A stretch of 41,803 nucleotides of DNA from Thermoplasmata archaeon (GTDB taxonomy: Archaea; Thermoplasmatota; Thermoplasmata; Lutacidiplasmatales; UBA184): contig JASHWW010000006.1 of assembly GCA_030043855.1 (NCBI GenBank), forward strand, positions 1 through 41,803. Direction: 5' to 3'. Shown here one piece after another: positions 7,829 through 15,719 of the stretch. A program made the translations under genes and the position numbers. Position 1 is the first letter of the stretch; each line of letters opens with the position of its first letter. The notes under the pieces are model-generated. The model was not told where the DNA came from, ran no database searches, and was given only the letters and a program-made list of their open reading frames with translations.

Positions 7829-8299
7829 ATGCTGCTGCACCCGGAGGAGAGCGTTCGCCGGAGCGCGTACGCGGTGCTCGACGGCGACGACGTCCACGCG
7901 TCCGTGCGGGGACCGGGCGTTCTGTACCTCACGACCCACCGGTTGATCTTCGAGTCCCCCGCGTCGCGGGGTCTGGTCCGCGACCTCCTCGGCGGCCGGG
8001 AGAGCCAGACCGTGCTCGATGTCGGATTGGCCGAGGTGCGCAACGTCGCGGTCCGGCGCGGCCGACTCGGACGGACCCGACTGGTCGTCGAGATCGGTCA
8101 CGGGCGACCGTCGTTCGACGTCCTCGAACCGGAGGTCTGGGCCGGCGCCATCGGACAGGCCCGGCGGTCGCTTCCACCGCCCGGTCGCGCGCCCACCCTC
8201 GTCGTGGAACGCCAGGTCGTGAAGGTCCGATGCCGGTACTGCGGTTCGCTCGGCGACGAGGTCGTCGGGCGGTGCCCGTCGTGCGGTGCGGCGCTCTGA
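7829..8299 (+). CDS. hypothetical protein: PH/GRAM-like domain plus C-terminal zinc ribbon
   Basis: GVLYLTTHRLIFES..TVLDVGLAEVRNVAV..LVVEI resembles a GRAM/bacterial-PH beta sandwich. The C-terminus has CRYCG..CPSCG. A TTTAG box at about 7794-7798 lies 31 nt upstream of the ATG. Confidence 0.55.
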   Translation: MLLHPEESVRRSAYAVLDGDDVHASVRGPGVLYLTTHRLIFESPASRGLVRDLLGGRESQTVLDVGLAEVRNVAVRRGRLGRTRLVVEIGHGRPSFDVLEPEVWAGAIGQARRSLPPPGRAPTLVVERQVVKVRCRYCGSLGDEVVGRCPSCGAAL

Positions 8300-8317
8300 C
8301 GGTCCGCCCGCGAACGG

Positions 8318-9916
8318 TCAGAACGGCAGTTCTCGGAAGAGCGCTTCGAAACCCGACCGGGACCAGACGATCGACAGAACGCCGAACCCGACCGCGATCG
8401 CCGTCGCCACGAGGCCCGCCACGATCGCCGTCATCCCCGTCGCCGCCAGGGCGAAGGCCGCGGGGACGAGGAACGCGAACAGCAGGACCGTTCCCGAGGC
8501 GGTCGCGGCGAGCATGCCCGACGGTCGGAGGAACTGGGGACGCGGCCGGTCCTGGAAGTCCGAGTACCGTGCGGCGAAGACGAGGCCCCAGAGCGTGAGC
8601 TCGACCCCAGCGGTGGCGCTGATCGCGACCAGCGCGAGCGCGTGCACCGGGTCGAAGCCGAAGTAGACGCCCACGGCGGCGCCCACCAGGACGCTCGCGA
8701 TCAGGACGGGCACCAGCACCGCGGCGACCTTGGCCCGGTGGAGCCCGCGGGGGGTGATCGGTGTCGCGAGGAGCAGCTGCAGGGACCGGCGCTCCTGGCC
8801 GACCGACGTGGTGGCGAGGATCAGTCCAAAGAATCCGACGATCCAGCCGAGCCAGAGGACGACGCCCAGCGCCCCGAGGCTCCCTCCCTCGAGAAAGATG
8901 AGGACGACGAACACCACGGGGACGACGAGGGTCGGCATCATCTCCCGGCGGCGGACGAATCCCTTGAGATCCTTGGCCGCGACGGCCGATTCGGGGGCGC
9001 TCAACCCCGCGGCCGAGAACCACGGATGCCCGGCGGCGAATCGGACCGGACCGACGTCCGCCTCGGAACCGGCCGGCACCCAGTACCGGGCCCGGGCCCA
9101 CCCGGCGAGGTCGACCAGCACCCCGAGGAAGGCGACCTGACCCGCTCCGAACGCGAGCGCGAGCCACGGGTCGCCCCGAAGCACGTCGAACACGGTCTGG
9201 GTCGACCAGAGGAACGGCACGATCGCGGTCACGATCAGCACCGAGGCGAGGTCGTGGACGACCGCGAGGAGGACGACCGGGTTGAAGGCGAGCTGGACAG
9301 CGAGGATGACGAGGATCAGCAGGGCGGCCCGGACGACGAGCGTCGCGCGGCCGCCGCGCGACGCGGCGACCGCGCCGGCACGCTGGCCCACGGCCCGCAC
9401 GATCTCGATCACCAGCCCGCCCTGCAGCAGCGCCACCACGGAGAGGCCCGCGGCGACGAGGTACGGCACGAACGTGCCGGAGACGAACGCCACCGGGAGC
9501 ACGCCGCCCAGCGCGAGCGCGATCGACGGCGAATAGGAGAACGCGATCGCCGTCGCGGACGCCATCGCGTACTCGGAGGGGTCGAGGGGGAGCCAGTGCG
9601 CCGCGTCGCTCCCGCTGAACCGGACGGTCGCGGTCAGCTCGAACATCGTTCCGGCGACCAGGACGACGCTCAGCCCGACCAGCGGGAGGAACGGCAGCAG
9701 CGGTCCCACGAGCTGCGCCCACGCCGCGGTCGGGAGACCCGAGACGCGTACGGCGAGCCAGGCGAGCAACGCGGCGCCGGCGAACGCCGCCGTGTCGATG
9801 ACCGCGAGGAACCCCGGGGTCCCGAAGAAGCTCTCCGGATCGGACGTACTCCGTCCCGAGCGGAGCTGGGACGCGATCAGGACCCCCGCGAGTCGGCGCA
9901 CGCGGTGGAGGTCCAT
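8318..9916 (-). CDS. ABC exporter permease (ABC-2-like, about 12 TM)
   Basis: A 532-aa highly hydrophobic polytopic protein lying 5 nt downstream of the ABC ATPase gene. Confidence 0.7.
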   Translation of the reverse strand: MDLHRVRRLAGVLIASQLRSGRSTSDPESFFGTPGFLAVIDTAAFAGAALLAWLAVRVSGLPTAAWAQLVGPLLPFLPLVGLSVVLVAGTMFELTATVRFSGSDAAHWLPLDPSEYAMASATAIAFSYSPSIALALGGVLPVAFVSGTFVPYLVAAGLSVVALLQGGLVIEIVRAVGQRAGAVAASRGGRATLVVRAALLILVILAVQLAFNPVVLLAVVHDLASVLIVTAIVPFLWSTQTVFDVLRGDPWLALAFGAGQVAFLGVLVDLAGWARARYWVPAGSEADVGPVRFAAGHPWFSAAGLSAPESAVAAKDLKGFVRRREMMPTLVVPVVFVVLIFLEGGSLGALGVVLWLGWIVGFFGLILATTSVGQERRSLQLLLATPITPRGLHRAKVAAVLVPVLIASVLVGAAVGVYFGFDPVHALALVAISATAGVELTLWGLVFAARYSDFQDRPRPQFLRPSGMLAATASGTVLLFAFLVPAAFALAATGMTAIVAGLVATAIAVGFGVLSIVWSRSGFEALFRELPF

Positions 9917-9921
9917 CGTCC

Positions 9922-10740
9922 CTACCGGGCGAGGGCGGCCACGACGTCGCCGAGGTCACCGGTGCCCGTCAGGCTGAGGAAGACGTCCTCGAGGCCGGAT
10001 CCGGCGAGGCCCGCGCGGGCGCGGAGGGCCTCCATCGTCCCGGACGCCAGCACCGTCCCTCGACTGAGGATGACGACCTGGTCGCAGATCGCCTGGGCGA
10101 TCTCGAGGACGTGGGTGGAGAACAGCACCGCCACGCCCTCGTGGCTCGCGAGATTCCGCAGCAGGTCCTTCGTGACGCGCGCCGCGCGAGGGTCGAGTCC
10201 GTTGAGCGGCTCGTCCAGCACGAGGAGCCGGGGGCGATGGACGAGCGCCGCGATGAGGGCCACCTTCTGCTTCATTCCCTGCGAGTAGCCGCTGATGAGC
10301 GATCCCTCGTGGCCGGCCAGCTCGAAGCCCGCGAGGAACTGCTGGATGCGCGGCGTCCGCGTGGCCGCATCGAGACCGTACATGTCGGCCACGAAGTCGA
10401 GGTACTCGGCCCCGGTGAGGAACTCGTAGAGCGCGGGCGACTCGGGAACGTAGCCGATCTGCTGCTTCGCCCGGGGCGGGTCGGCCGCGACGTCCTGCCC
10501 GAACAGCCGGATGCGACCCGCGTCCGGGCGGACGAGCCCGAGGACCGCCTTCATCGTCGTCGACTTGCCCGCGCCGTTCGGTCCGAGCAGCCCGACGATC
10601 CGCCCGGTCCGGACCGACAACGAGACGTCCGTGAGCGCCCGCACGGAGCCGTACGTCTTCGAGATCCCTTCGACCTCCAGCGCGGCGAGGTCGGGGCTCT
10701 CGTCCGGTCCGGACGGGAGCGGGGCGAGCGGCCCGGCCAT
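9922..10740 (-). CDS. ABC transporter ATP-binding protein (ABC-2/DrrA-like)
   Basis: Walker A GPNGAGKST, signature YSQGMKQKV, Walker B LLVLDEP. GATTAATAC (minus-strand reading of about 10766-10773) lies about 26 nt upstream of the ATG. Confidence 0.95.
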   Translation of the reverse strand: MAGPLAPLPSGPDESPDLAALEVEGISKTYGSVRALTDVSLSVRTGRIVGLLGPNGAGKSTTMKAVLGLVRPDAGRIRLFGQDVAADPPRAKQQIGYVPESPALYEFLTGAEYLDFVADMYGLDAATRTPRIQQFLAGFELAGHEGSLISGYSQGMKQKVALIAALVHRPRLLVLDEPLNGLDPRAARVTKDLLRNLASHEGVAVLFSTHVLEIAQAICDQVVILSRGTVLASGTMEALRARAGLAGSGLEDVFLSLTGTGDLGDVVAALAR

Positions 10741-10809
10741 GACGGCTCCGGATGCGGGGGGCCGGGTATTAATCTCGCCGCCCGCGCCGGGCCGCGACGC
10801 GGCACCGGA

Positions 10810-11430
10810 TCAGTTCGGAACGCCGACGAGACCGGGGGCGGAGGAGCGGGCAGCGAACAGGGCGACGGGAGCGACCCGCAGGCTGGTTCCGGCACGGACG
10901 GCTTCGACCGCGTGCAGCAACAGGTCGTAGGCCGCCTCCTCGGCGTCGCCGAGATCGGCGCCGCCTTCCTCCATCGGCACGAACACCCGGAGGACGCCCC
11001 GCTCGATGCCGAGCAGAACGTGGCCGGTGCCGTCGCGCCGCGCCCAGGCCAGGAGCGGACCCTGCGGACCGTCGACGACCCCCACCCATCGGAGGGTGCC
11101 GAACCAGTGACCCGTCAGCCGGGCGAGGATGGCGCGGCTCGCCGTGCCGGGCGGAAGCCCGACCTGGGCGATCGGGCGAAGCTGCCTCGCTTCCGCGCGC
11201 GGCACGAGCCCGGTGGAGTCGAGCAACCGGTACCCGCCGTCCGCTCGCTCGATGCGACCCTCTCGCTCCAGCCGACGCAAGGCCCGGGAGAGCGACTCCG
11301 GATGAGCGCCCAGCTCGCGTCGCAGCCCGTTGAACGCGATGCTCCCGTGGAGCCCCTGGAGGGTCCGGAGGATCCGCTCGTCGAGCCGCTCGGGCTCGAC
11401 CAACATCGGAGACGAATCGGGTCGGGTCAT
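10810..11430 (-). CDS. winged-helix (ArsR/MarR-like) transcriptional regulator with an uncharacterised C-terminal domain
   Basis: ERILRTLQGLHGSIAFNGLRRELGAHPESLSRALRRLEREGRIER is a wHTH signature. TCTAAAT (minus-strand reading of about 11452-11462) lies about 25 nt upstream of the ATG. Confidence 0.75.
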   Translation of the reverse strand: MTRPDSSPMLVEPERLDERILRTLQGLHGSIAFNGLRRELGAHPESLSRALRRLEREGRIERADGGYRLLDSTGLVPRAEARQLRPIAQVGLPPGTASRAILARLTGHWFGTLRWVGVVDGPQGPLLAWARRDGTGHVLLGIERGVLRVFVPMEEGGADLGDAEEAAYDLLLHAVEAVRAGTSLRVAPVALFAARSSAPGLVGVPN

Positions 11431-11568
11431 CGTACCGTGTACGGGGGCCGAGGGGATTTAGAGGGTCGGTTACCGGTCCGTTACTTCGCGTCCCACCGCG
11501 CCCGCCGGTCCGGGTGTGACCGAACGCACCGTCTCCCGGTCAATATCCCCCGCCGTCCGGTGCGGCTT

Positions 11569-11586
11569 CCGGAACGAACGTTCCGG
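11569..11586. promoter_or_regulatory. perfect 8-bp inverted repeat CCGGAACG-AA-CGTTCCGG (operator or 5'-UTR hairpin candidate)
   Basis: It lies between a CAATATC box (11541-11547) and the GGGAG/ATG of the small-protein gene at 11596. The 3' arm abuts the putative Shine-Dalgarno sequence. Confidence 0.4.
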
Positions 11587-11595
11587 GAGCACCTC

Positions 11596-11847
11596 ATGAG
11601 CGAAGGAGTCGGAGGCGACGAGAAGGGAGCGAACTTCGGGCCGTGGGTCTGGTCGGCGTACCGCGCGTACAACGACCTCCTGCGGGAGAAGGTGAAGAAG
11701 CGATTCGAGGAGAAGGAGGGACCCTGGCTCGACCAGGTGGCGGACCTCCTCGTGGCGATCGTGGATGCCCGATGGGAGGGCGGTCGCAAGAAGGAGAAGG
11801 AGCTTGCGGAGCTCTACGGCCGGCTCGACCGGCTCCTGGGGGAGTAG
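11596..11847 (+). CDS. hypothetical small Lys/Glu-rich protein (83 aa)
   Basis: Only the 3' part of track ORF 10111..11847 is coding-like. ATG 11596 is preceded by GGGAG. The sequence is MSEGVGGDEKGANFGPWVWSAYRAYNDLLREKVKKRFEEKEGPWLDQVADLLVAIVDARWEGGRKKEKELAELYGRLDRLLGE. I recognise no family. Confidence 0.55.
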   Translation: MSEGVGGDEKGANFGPWVWSAYRAYNDLLREKVKKRFEEKEGPWLDQVADLLVAIVDARWEGGRKKEKELAELYGRLDRLLGE

Positions 11848-11950
11848 GCGATGTCGGCCCCGCTGCCGCTCCAACCGTTCCCGACTCCCCCGATCGGCCC
11901 CGAACCGATCCTGCCCCGACCCCGGGGCGGGATCGCGGCGTGAGGGAGCG

Positions 11951-12907
11951 ATGCCGCTCCTCGAGATCGAGGACCGGATCGTCCGCGCCGTCGAAGCGGT
12001 CGGCCCCAGCGTGGCCGGGGTCGACTCGCTGCGGGTCGGCCGAGCTCGCGGGTACGGGCCCTTCGCACGGCCCGCTCAGGCCACCGCACTCGTCCTGCAA
12101 CGCGACGGCTACCTGATCACCAACCAGCACGTCGTGGAGGGGGCGGCCCGTCTGGAGGTCCACCTCTCCGATGGACGGGCGCTTCCCGCCGAGCTGGTGG
12201 GCGGGGACGAAGCGACCGACGTCGCTCTGCTGCGGGTGGACGCCACCGACCTTCCCGCGGCGACTCTCGGCAACTCGAACGAACTTCGCGTCGGCCAGAT
12301 CGTCGTGGCGGTCGGCCACGCACTGGGGCTCCCGGGCGGACCGACCGCCTCGCTCGGCGTCGTGAGCGCGCTCGGGCGGCCGCTGCCCGGCACCGACTTC
12401 ATCTTCGAGGGACTGGTCCAGACGGACGCGGCGATCAATCCGGGGAACAGCGGAGGACCGCTGGTCGACCTCTCCGGTGCCGTCGTCGGGATCAACGCCG
12501 CGATGGTCCCCTTCGCGCAGGGGGTCGGCTTCGCGATCCCGATCCACGCCGTCCAGCGGATCGCAGACGACCTTCGGACCCACGGGCGGGTCGTCCGGCC
12601 GTGGATCGGCGTCATGGTCGCCGAGCTCCGGCCCGAGACCGCTCGCCAGTACGGACTCGAGCCCCGCTCCGGACTGTTGGTCGCCGAGGTGGTACGCCGA
12701 TCGCCCTCGCATCGCGCGGGACTGAAAGCCGGAGACGTCATCGAGCGTGTCGGACCGATCCCGACCCACGACGTCCGCGAGTTGCTGGAAGCGCTCTCGC
12801 GATTCCCGGTCGGGTCCGACGTGCCGATCGACTTCCGCCGGCGAGGGTCGGTACAGACCGTAACGGTGCCGTCGCAGGAAATGCCGGAACCCGCGGCCAG
12901 CGAGTGA
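11951..12907 (+). CDS. HtrA/DegP-family trypsin-like serine protease with a PDZ domain; no signal peptide or TM segment
   Basis: Catalytic triad contexts ITNQHVV, DVALLRV and GNSGGPL. PDZ region GLLVAEVVRRSPSHRAGLKAGDVIERV. ATG 11951 is preceded by GAGGGAG. Confidence 0.9.
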   Translation: MPLLEIEDRIVRAVEAVGPSVAGVDSLRVGRARGYGPFARPAQATALVLQRDGYLITNQHVVEGAARLEVHLSDGRALPAELVGGDEATDVALLRVDATDLPAATLGNSNELRVGQIVVAVGHALGLPGGPTASLGVVSALGRPLPGTDFIFEGLVQTDAAINPGNSGGPLVDLSGAVVGINAAMVPFAQGVGFAIPIHAVQRIADDLRTHGRVVRPWIGVMVAELRPETARQYGLEPRSGLLVAEVVRRSPSHRAGLKAGDVIERVGPIPTHDVRELLEALSRFPVGSDVPIDFRRRGSVQTVTVPSQEMPEPAASE

Positions 12908-13019
12908 GCCCGCCGACGCGCCGCCCCAACCTCTTCCCCCGTTCCCGAAGCGACCCCCGGCTCGCGACCCGTCCCCGAGGAACGTCGCGGCCCGTACGTC
13001 CGCCGGGCCGCCGAACGCC

Positions 13020-13029
13020 TCGCTATAAG
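13020..13029 (+). promoter_or_regulatory. archaeal TATA box (TCGCTATAAG) for moaA
   Basis: TATAAG lies 23 nt upstream of ATG 13053. The identical 10-mer also precedes the TrmB gene. Confidence 0.6.
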
Positions 13030-13052
13030 GTGGCCCCGCTGTTCTCGAACCG

Positions 13053-14027
13053 ATGCTCTCCGACGCCTACGGGCGGACCGTCTCCGACATCCGGATCAGC
13101 GTCACCAAGCGGTGCAACTTCGCCTGCGTCTACTGCCACGACGAAGGGCTCGGGCCGGTCGCCCGGCCGAACGCCCCGCACGACGGGGAACTCTCGCCCG
13201 TGGAGATCGAGCGACTGGTGATCGTCGCGCGGGAGTTCGGCATCCGTTCCGTGAAGTTCACGGGAGGGGAGCCGCTGGTCCGGCCGGACCTCGAGGAGAT
13301 CGTCGAACGGACCGTGCGCCAGATCCCCGACGTGTCGCTCACGACGAACGGTTCGATGCTCGAACATCGCGCCGAAGGGCTCCGCGACGCGGGCCTGAAG
13401 CGCGTCAACGTCTCGGTGGACTCCGTCGACCCGGCCGAGTTCCGGGCGATCCGGCACGGCTCCCTCGCCCCGGTGTTGCGGGGGATCCGGGTCGCGGTGC
13501 AGCACGGTCTGACCCCGGTGAAGCTGAACATGGTCGTGTTCCGCCCGACGCTGGCGCACATCCCCCGCATGATCGAGTTCGTCGGGGCGGGGGAGGGGCT
13601 GAAGCTCCAGCTGATCCAATTCATGCCCGAGCTCGTCACGCACCCCGAGTGGCGCGTGGACATGGCCGAGGTACAGCGCTGGCTCGAAGCGAATGCCTCC
13701 CGGACGCTGGTTCGCGAGATGCACCACCGACGCGTGTACGTCATCGGCGGGGCGGAGGTCGAAGTCGTCGACCCGGTCTACAACCCCGAGTTCTGCTCGA
13801 ACTGCCACCGGATCCGGGTGACCCACCTGGGGGAGCTCAAGGGGTGCCTCAACCGGAACGACGACCTGGTGCCGACCCGCGGGCTCGACGACGCCGGGCT
13901 CCGGGCGGCGTTCCGCCGGGTCATCACCTCGAGGGTCCCGTACTACGGGGGATTCGTCACGGACCCGCCCGAGCCGCTCCCGACCGATTCCCGACTCCCG
14001 ATGGTCTCGTTCCGAGGCGCCGCCTGA
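13053..14027 (+). CDS. moaA: GTP 3',8-cyclase MoaA (radical SAM, archaeal type)
   Basis: CNFACVYCHDEG is a CX3CX2C cluster, and CSNCHRIRVTHLGELKGC is the C-terminal cluster. TATAAG at 13024-13029 lies 23 nt upstream of the ATG. Confidence 0.95.
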   Translation: MLSDAYGRTVSDIRISVTKRCNFACVYCHDEGLGPVARPNAPHDGELSPVEIERLVIVAREFGIRSVKFTGGEPLVRPDLEEIVERTVRQIPDVSLTTNGSMLEHRAEGLRDAGLKRVNVSVDSVDPAEFRAIRHGSLAPVLRGIRVAVQHGLTPVKLNMVVFRPTLAHIPRMIEFVGAGEGLKLQLIQFMPELVTHPEWRVDMAEVQRWLEANASRTLVREMHHRRVYVIGGAEVEVVDPVYNPEFCSNCHRIRVTHLGELKGCLNRNDDLVPTRGLDDAGLRAAFRRVITSRVPYYGGFVTDPPEPLPTDSRLPMVSFRGAA

Positions 14028-14070
14028 GCCCGGCGGTCGACGCATCTCCCCGTCGAGACGAGTCCGACTC

Positions 14071-15171
14071 GTGGCAGCGGGGGACGACGGGCGACCGATC
14101 GACGCACCGGCCGCTCGGCCCGGTGCGCCGCACCTCGCGGGGTCGAGCTCGTCAACCGTACCGCCCCGATTCGAGGTCGCGCGGGCCACCGCCTTCACGG
14201 TAACCCTCCTCGCCGCGACGTTCGCGGCCGGCGGCGTCGAGACGGGCGTGTTGGCCTCGATCGGCGCGCTGAACGTCTTCCTCGCCGAAGCGCCGGGGAC
14301 CACGTCCGAGAAGACGCGACGGGCCGCTCTGACCGCGATCGCCTGCGGCGGCGGGATCGCCGTCGGAACGTGGGTCGCACCACTGGGTTTGGTGGCCCTC
14401 GGGGCGATCGCCGGTCTCTACTTCGCGCTCCAGCTGGCCAACCGCTGGCCCCGGTACGGTTCCGTGGTGCTGGTGACCGGCGTCCTGATTGCCATCGGGG
14501 TCGGCCTTCCGGGCGGAGGCGCAGCGTCGGTCGGGTATCGCGGAGCGGTCGTCCTGGCCGGGGGCGCGTGGGCGGTCCTGGGCATCGCCGCGACCGGCGT
14601 CCTCCTCGACGTGGGCCGGAACGGTCGGCGATCGTCGCCGCCGATGGCCTCCGCCGAGACGATGGAGGTGGCGGTCCGGCCGTGGTCGCAGGTGGTGCCA
14701 CTGGCCGCCGCCGTCGCGGGGGCGGCCGCCGCGGGGCTCGCGATCTCGGAAGGGTTGGGGTTGCAGCGCGACTACTGGCTGCTGCTCACGCTCCTCGTGG
14801 TGCTGCACGCCGAATTGCGGGACACCTACCGGTTCGCCGTGCTGCGTCTGGGGGGTACGGTCGTCGGGGCCGCGGCCGCTGCCGGGGTCGTGCTCGGGAC
14901 GTCGAACCCGTGGATCGACGCCGTCGTGCTCACCGGGGCCTGCGCGGCGGCGTTCGCGCTCCGCCGGGGCAACTACGCGGCGTACACGGCGTTCCTGACC
15001 GTCTACGTCATCGTGCTCCTGAACGAAGCGTACCCCGCCGGACTCCGGCTCGCGGAGACCCGGGTGCTCGACACCGCGATCGGTGGGGCCCTCGCGCTCG
15101 CGGCCGGGGCGGTCCTGGCCCTCGCCCGTCGGTCCGCGCTCGGTGCGCGGTCGGTCCCTCGGGAACGTTAA
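14071..15171 (+). CDS. FUSC / aromatic-acid-exporter-like integral membrane protein
   Basis: Polytopic, with DYWLLLTLLVVL..RLGGTVVGAAAA..NYAAYTAFLTVYVIVL, which is typical of the FUSC family. The first 35 codons or so are weakly coding, so the start is uncertain. Confidence 0.6.
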   Translation: MAAGDDGRPIDAPAARPGAPHLAGSSSSTVPPRFEVARATAFTVTLLAATFAAGGVETGVLASIGALNVFLAEAPGTTSEKTRRAALTAIACGGGIAVGTWVAPLGLVALGAIAGLYFALQLANRWPRYGSVVLVTGVLIAIGVGLPGGGAASVGYRGAVVLAGGAWAVLGIAATGVLLDVGRNGRRSSPPMASAETMEVAVRPWSQVVPLAAAVAGAAAAGLAISEGLGLQRDYWLLLTLLVVLHAELRDTYRFAVLRLGGTVVGAAAAAGVVLGTSNPWIDAVVLTGACAAAFALRRGNYAAYTAFLTVYVIVLLNEAYPAGLRLAETRVLDTAIGGALALAAGAVLALARRSALGARSVPRER

Positions 15172-15204
15172 ACGGGCGCCGGGAATTCCCGGGCCGAGGC
15201 ATCC

Positions 15205-15660
15205 ATGACCGTGGATTTCGAGTACCGCAGTTCTCCGGCGATCCGAGCCGCGACGCTCACGTGGACCGGGCCGTGGAACGAGGCGAAGATCCGGGCGCAA
15301 TTCCGGAGGGTCGCCGGCTGGGCCAAGTCGCAGCACCTGCGGACGGGTCGGTGGATCTTCCGCGAGCACTCGATGGGGAAGTGGGAGGTCGGGATCGAGC
15401 TCCGCGGGTCGGCCCGCTCGGGGGGCGGGATCCGCGTCCGCACCTATCCTCGAGGACGGGTCGCCCGGGTCGTCTTTGACCCCGACGTGGTGTCCCCCCG
15501 GGTGGTCTACCACGGGCTGAACGACTGGCTCAAGTGGCAGCGCAAGGAGAAGAAGGCCGGTCGCGTCGTGGCGACGCGCGAGCTCTACGCGGGCGACCCG
15601 TGGACCGACGCGAAGGCGTGGGCGCGGACCGAGATCCAGTTCGTGCTCGGGGCGCGATAG
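15205..15660 (+). CDS. GyrI-like small-molecule-binding domain protein
   Basis: The 151-aa length and pattern (AATLTWTGPWNE..FREHSMGKWEVGIEL..ARVVFDPD..ELYAGDPW) resemble GyrI/SOUL-like effector-binding domains. Confidence 0.6.
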   Translation: MTVDFEYRSSPAIRAATLTWTGPWNEAKIRAQFRRVAGWAKSQHLRTGRWIFREHSMGKWEVGIELRGSARSGGGIRVRTYPRGRVARVVFDPDVVSPRVVYHGLNDWLKWQRKEKKAGRVVATRELYAGDPWTDAKAWARTEIQFVLGAR

Positions 15661-15719
15661 GCCGCGAGGGGCGAGACGATTAATCCCGGCCCGGGTGGCA
15701 CATTCGAGAGGGTCGAACG

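Noticed and set aside
10292-10299. A CTGATGAG string resembling a hammerhead ribozyme core.
   Set aside because: It lies inside the ABC ATPase coding region. There is no adjacent stem II pairing and no CGAAAC element downstream.
11518-11525. A GACCGAAC 8-mer, identical to the half-site of the 25096-25113 palindrome, in another divergent intergenic region.
   Set aside because: A single GC-rich 8-mer is expected by chance about once in a window of this size, and it has no dyad partner here.
11845-11847. In-frame TAG between the 83-aa ORF and the Pro-rich micro-ORF, considered as a pyrrolysine or read-through codon.
   Set aside because: TAG is used as an ordinary stop by many confident genes in this window: the lyase, RNase HI, OsmC, CDGSH, the pseudo-receiver and the 284-aa ORF. 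Genome-wide recoding is therefore unlikely. Local read-through remains untestable from sequence alone.
12908-13052. A Moco riboswitch upstream of moaA, and by analogy an FMN riboswitch upstream of ribA (26554-26669).
   Set aside because: The TATA boxes sit only 22-24 nt before the start codons, which leaves no room for a structured leader. These riboswitch classes are also essentially bacterial.
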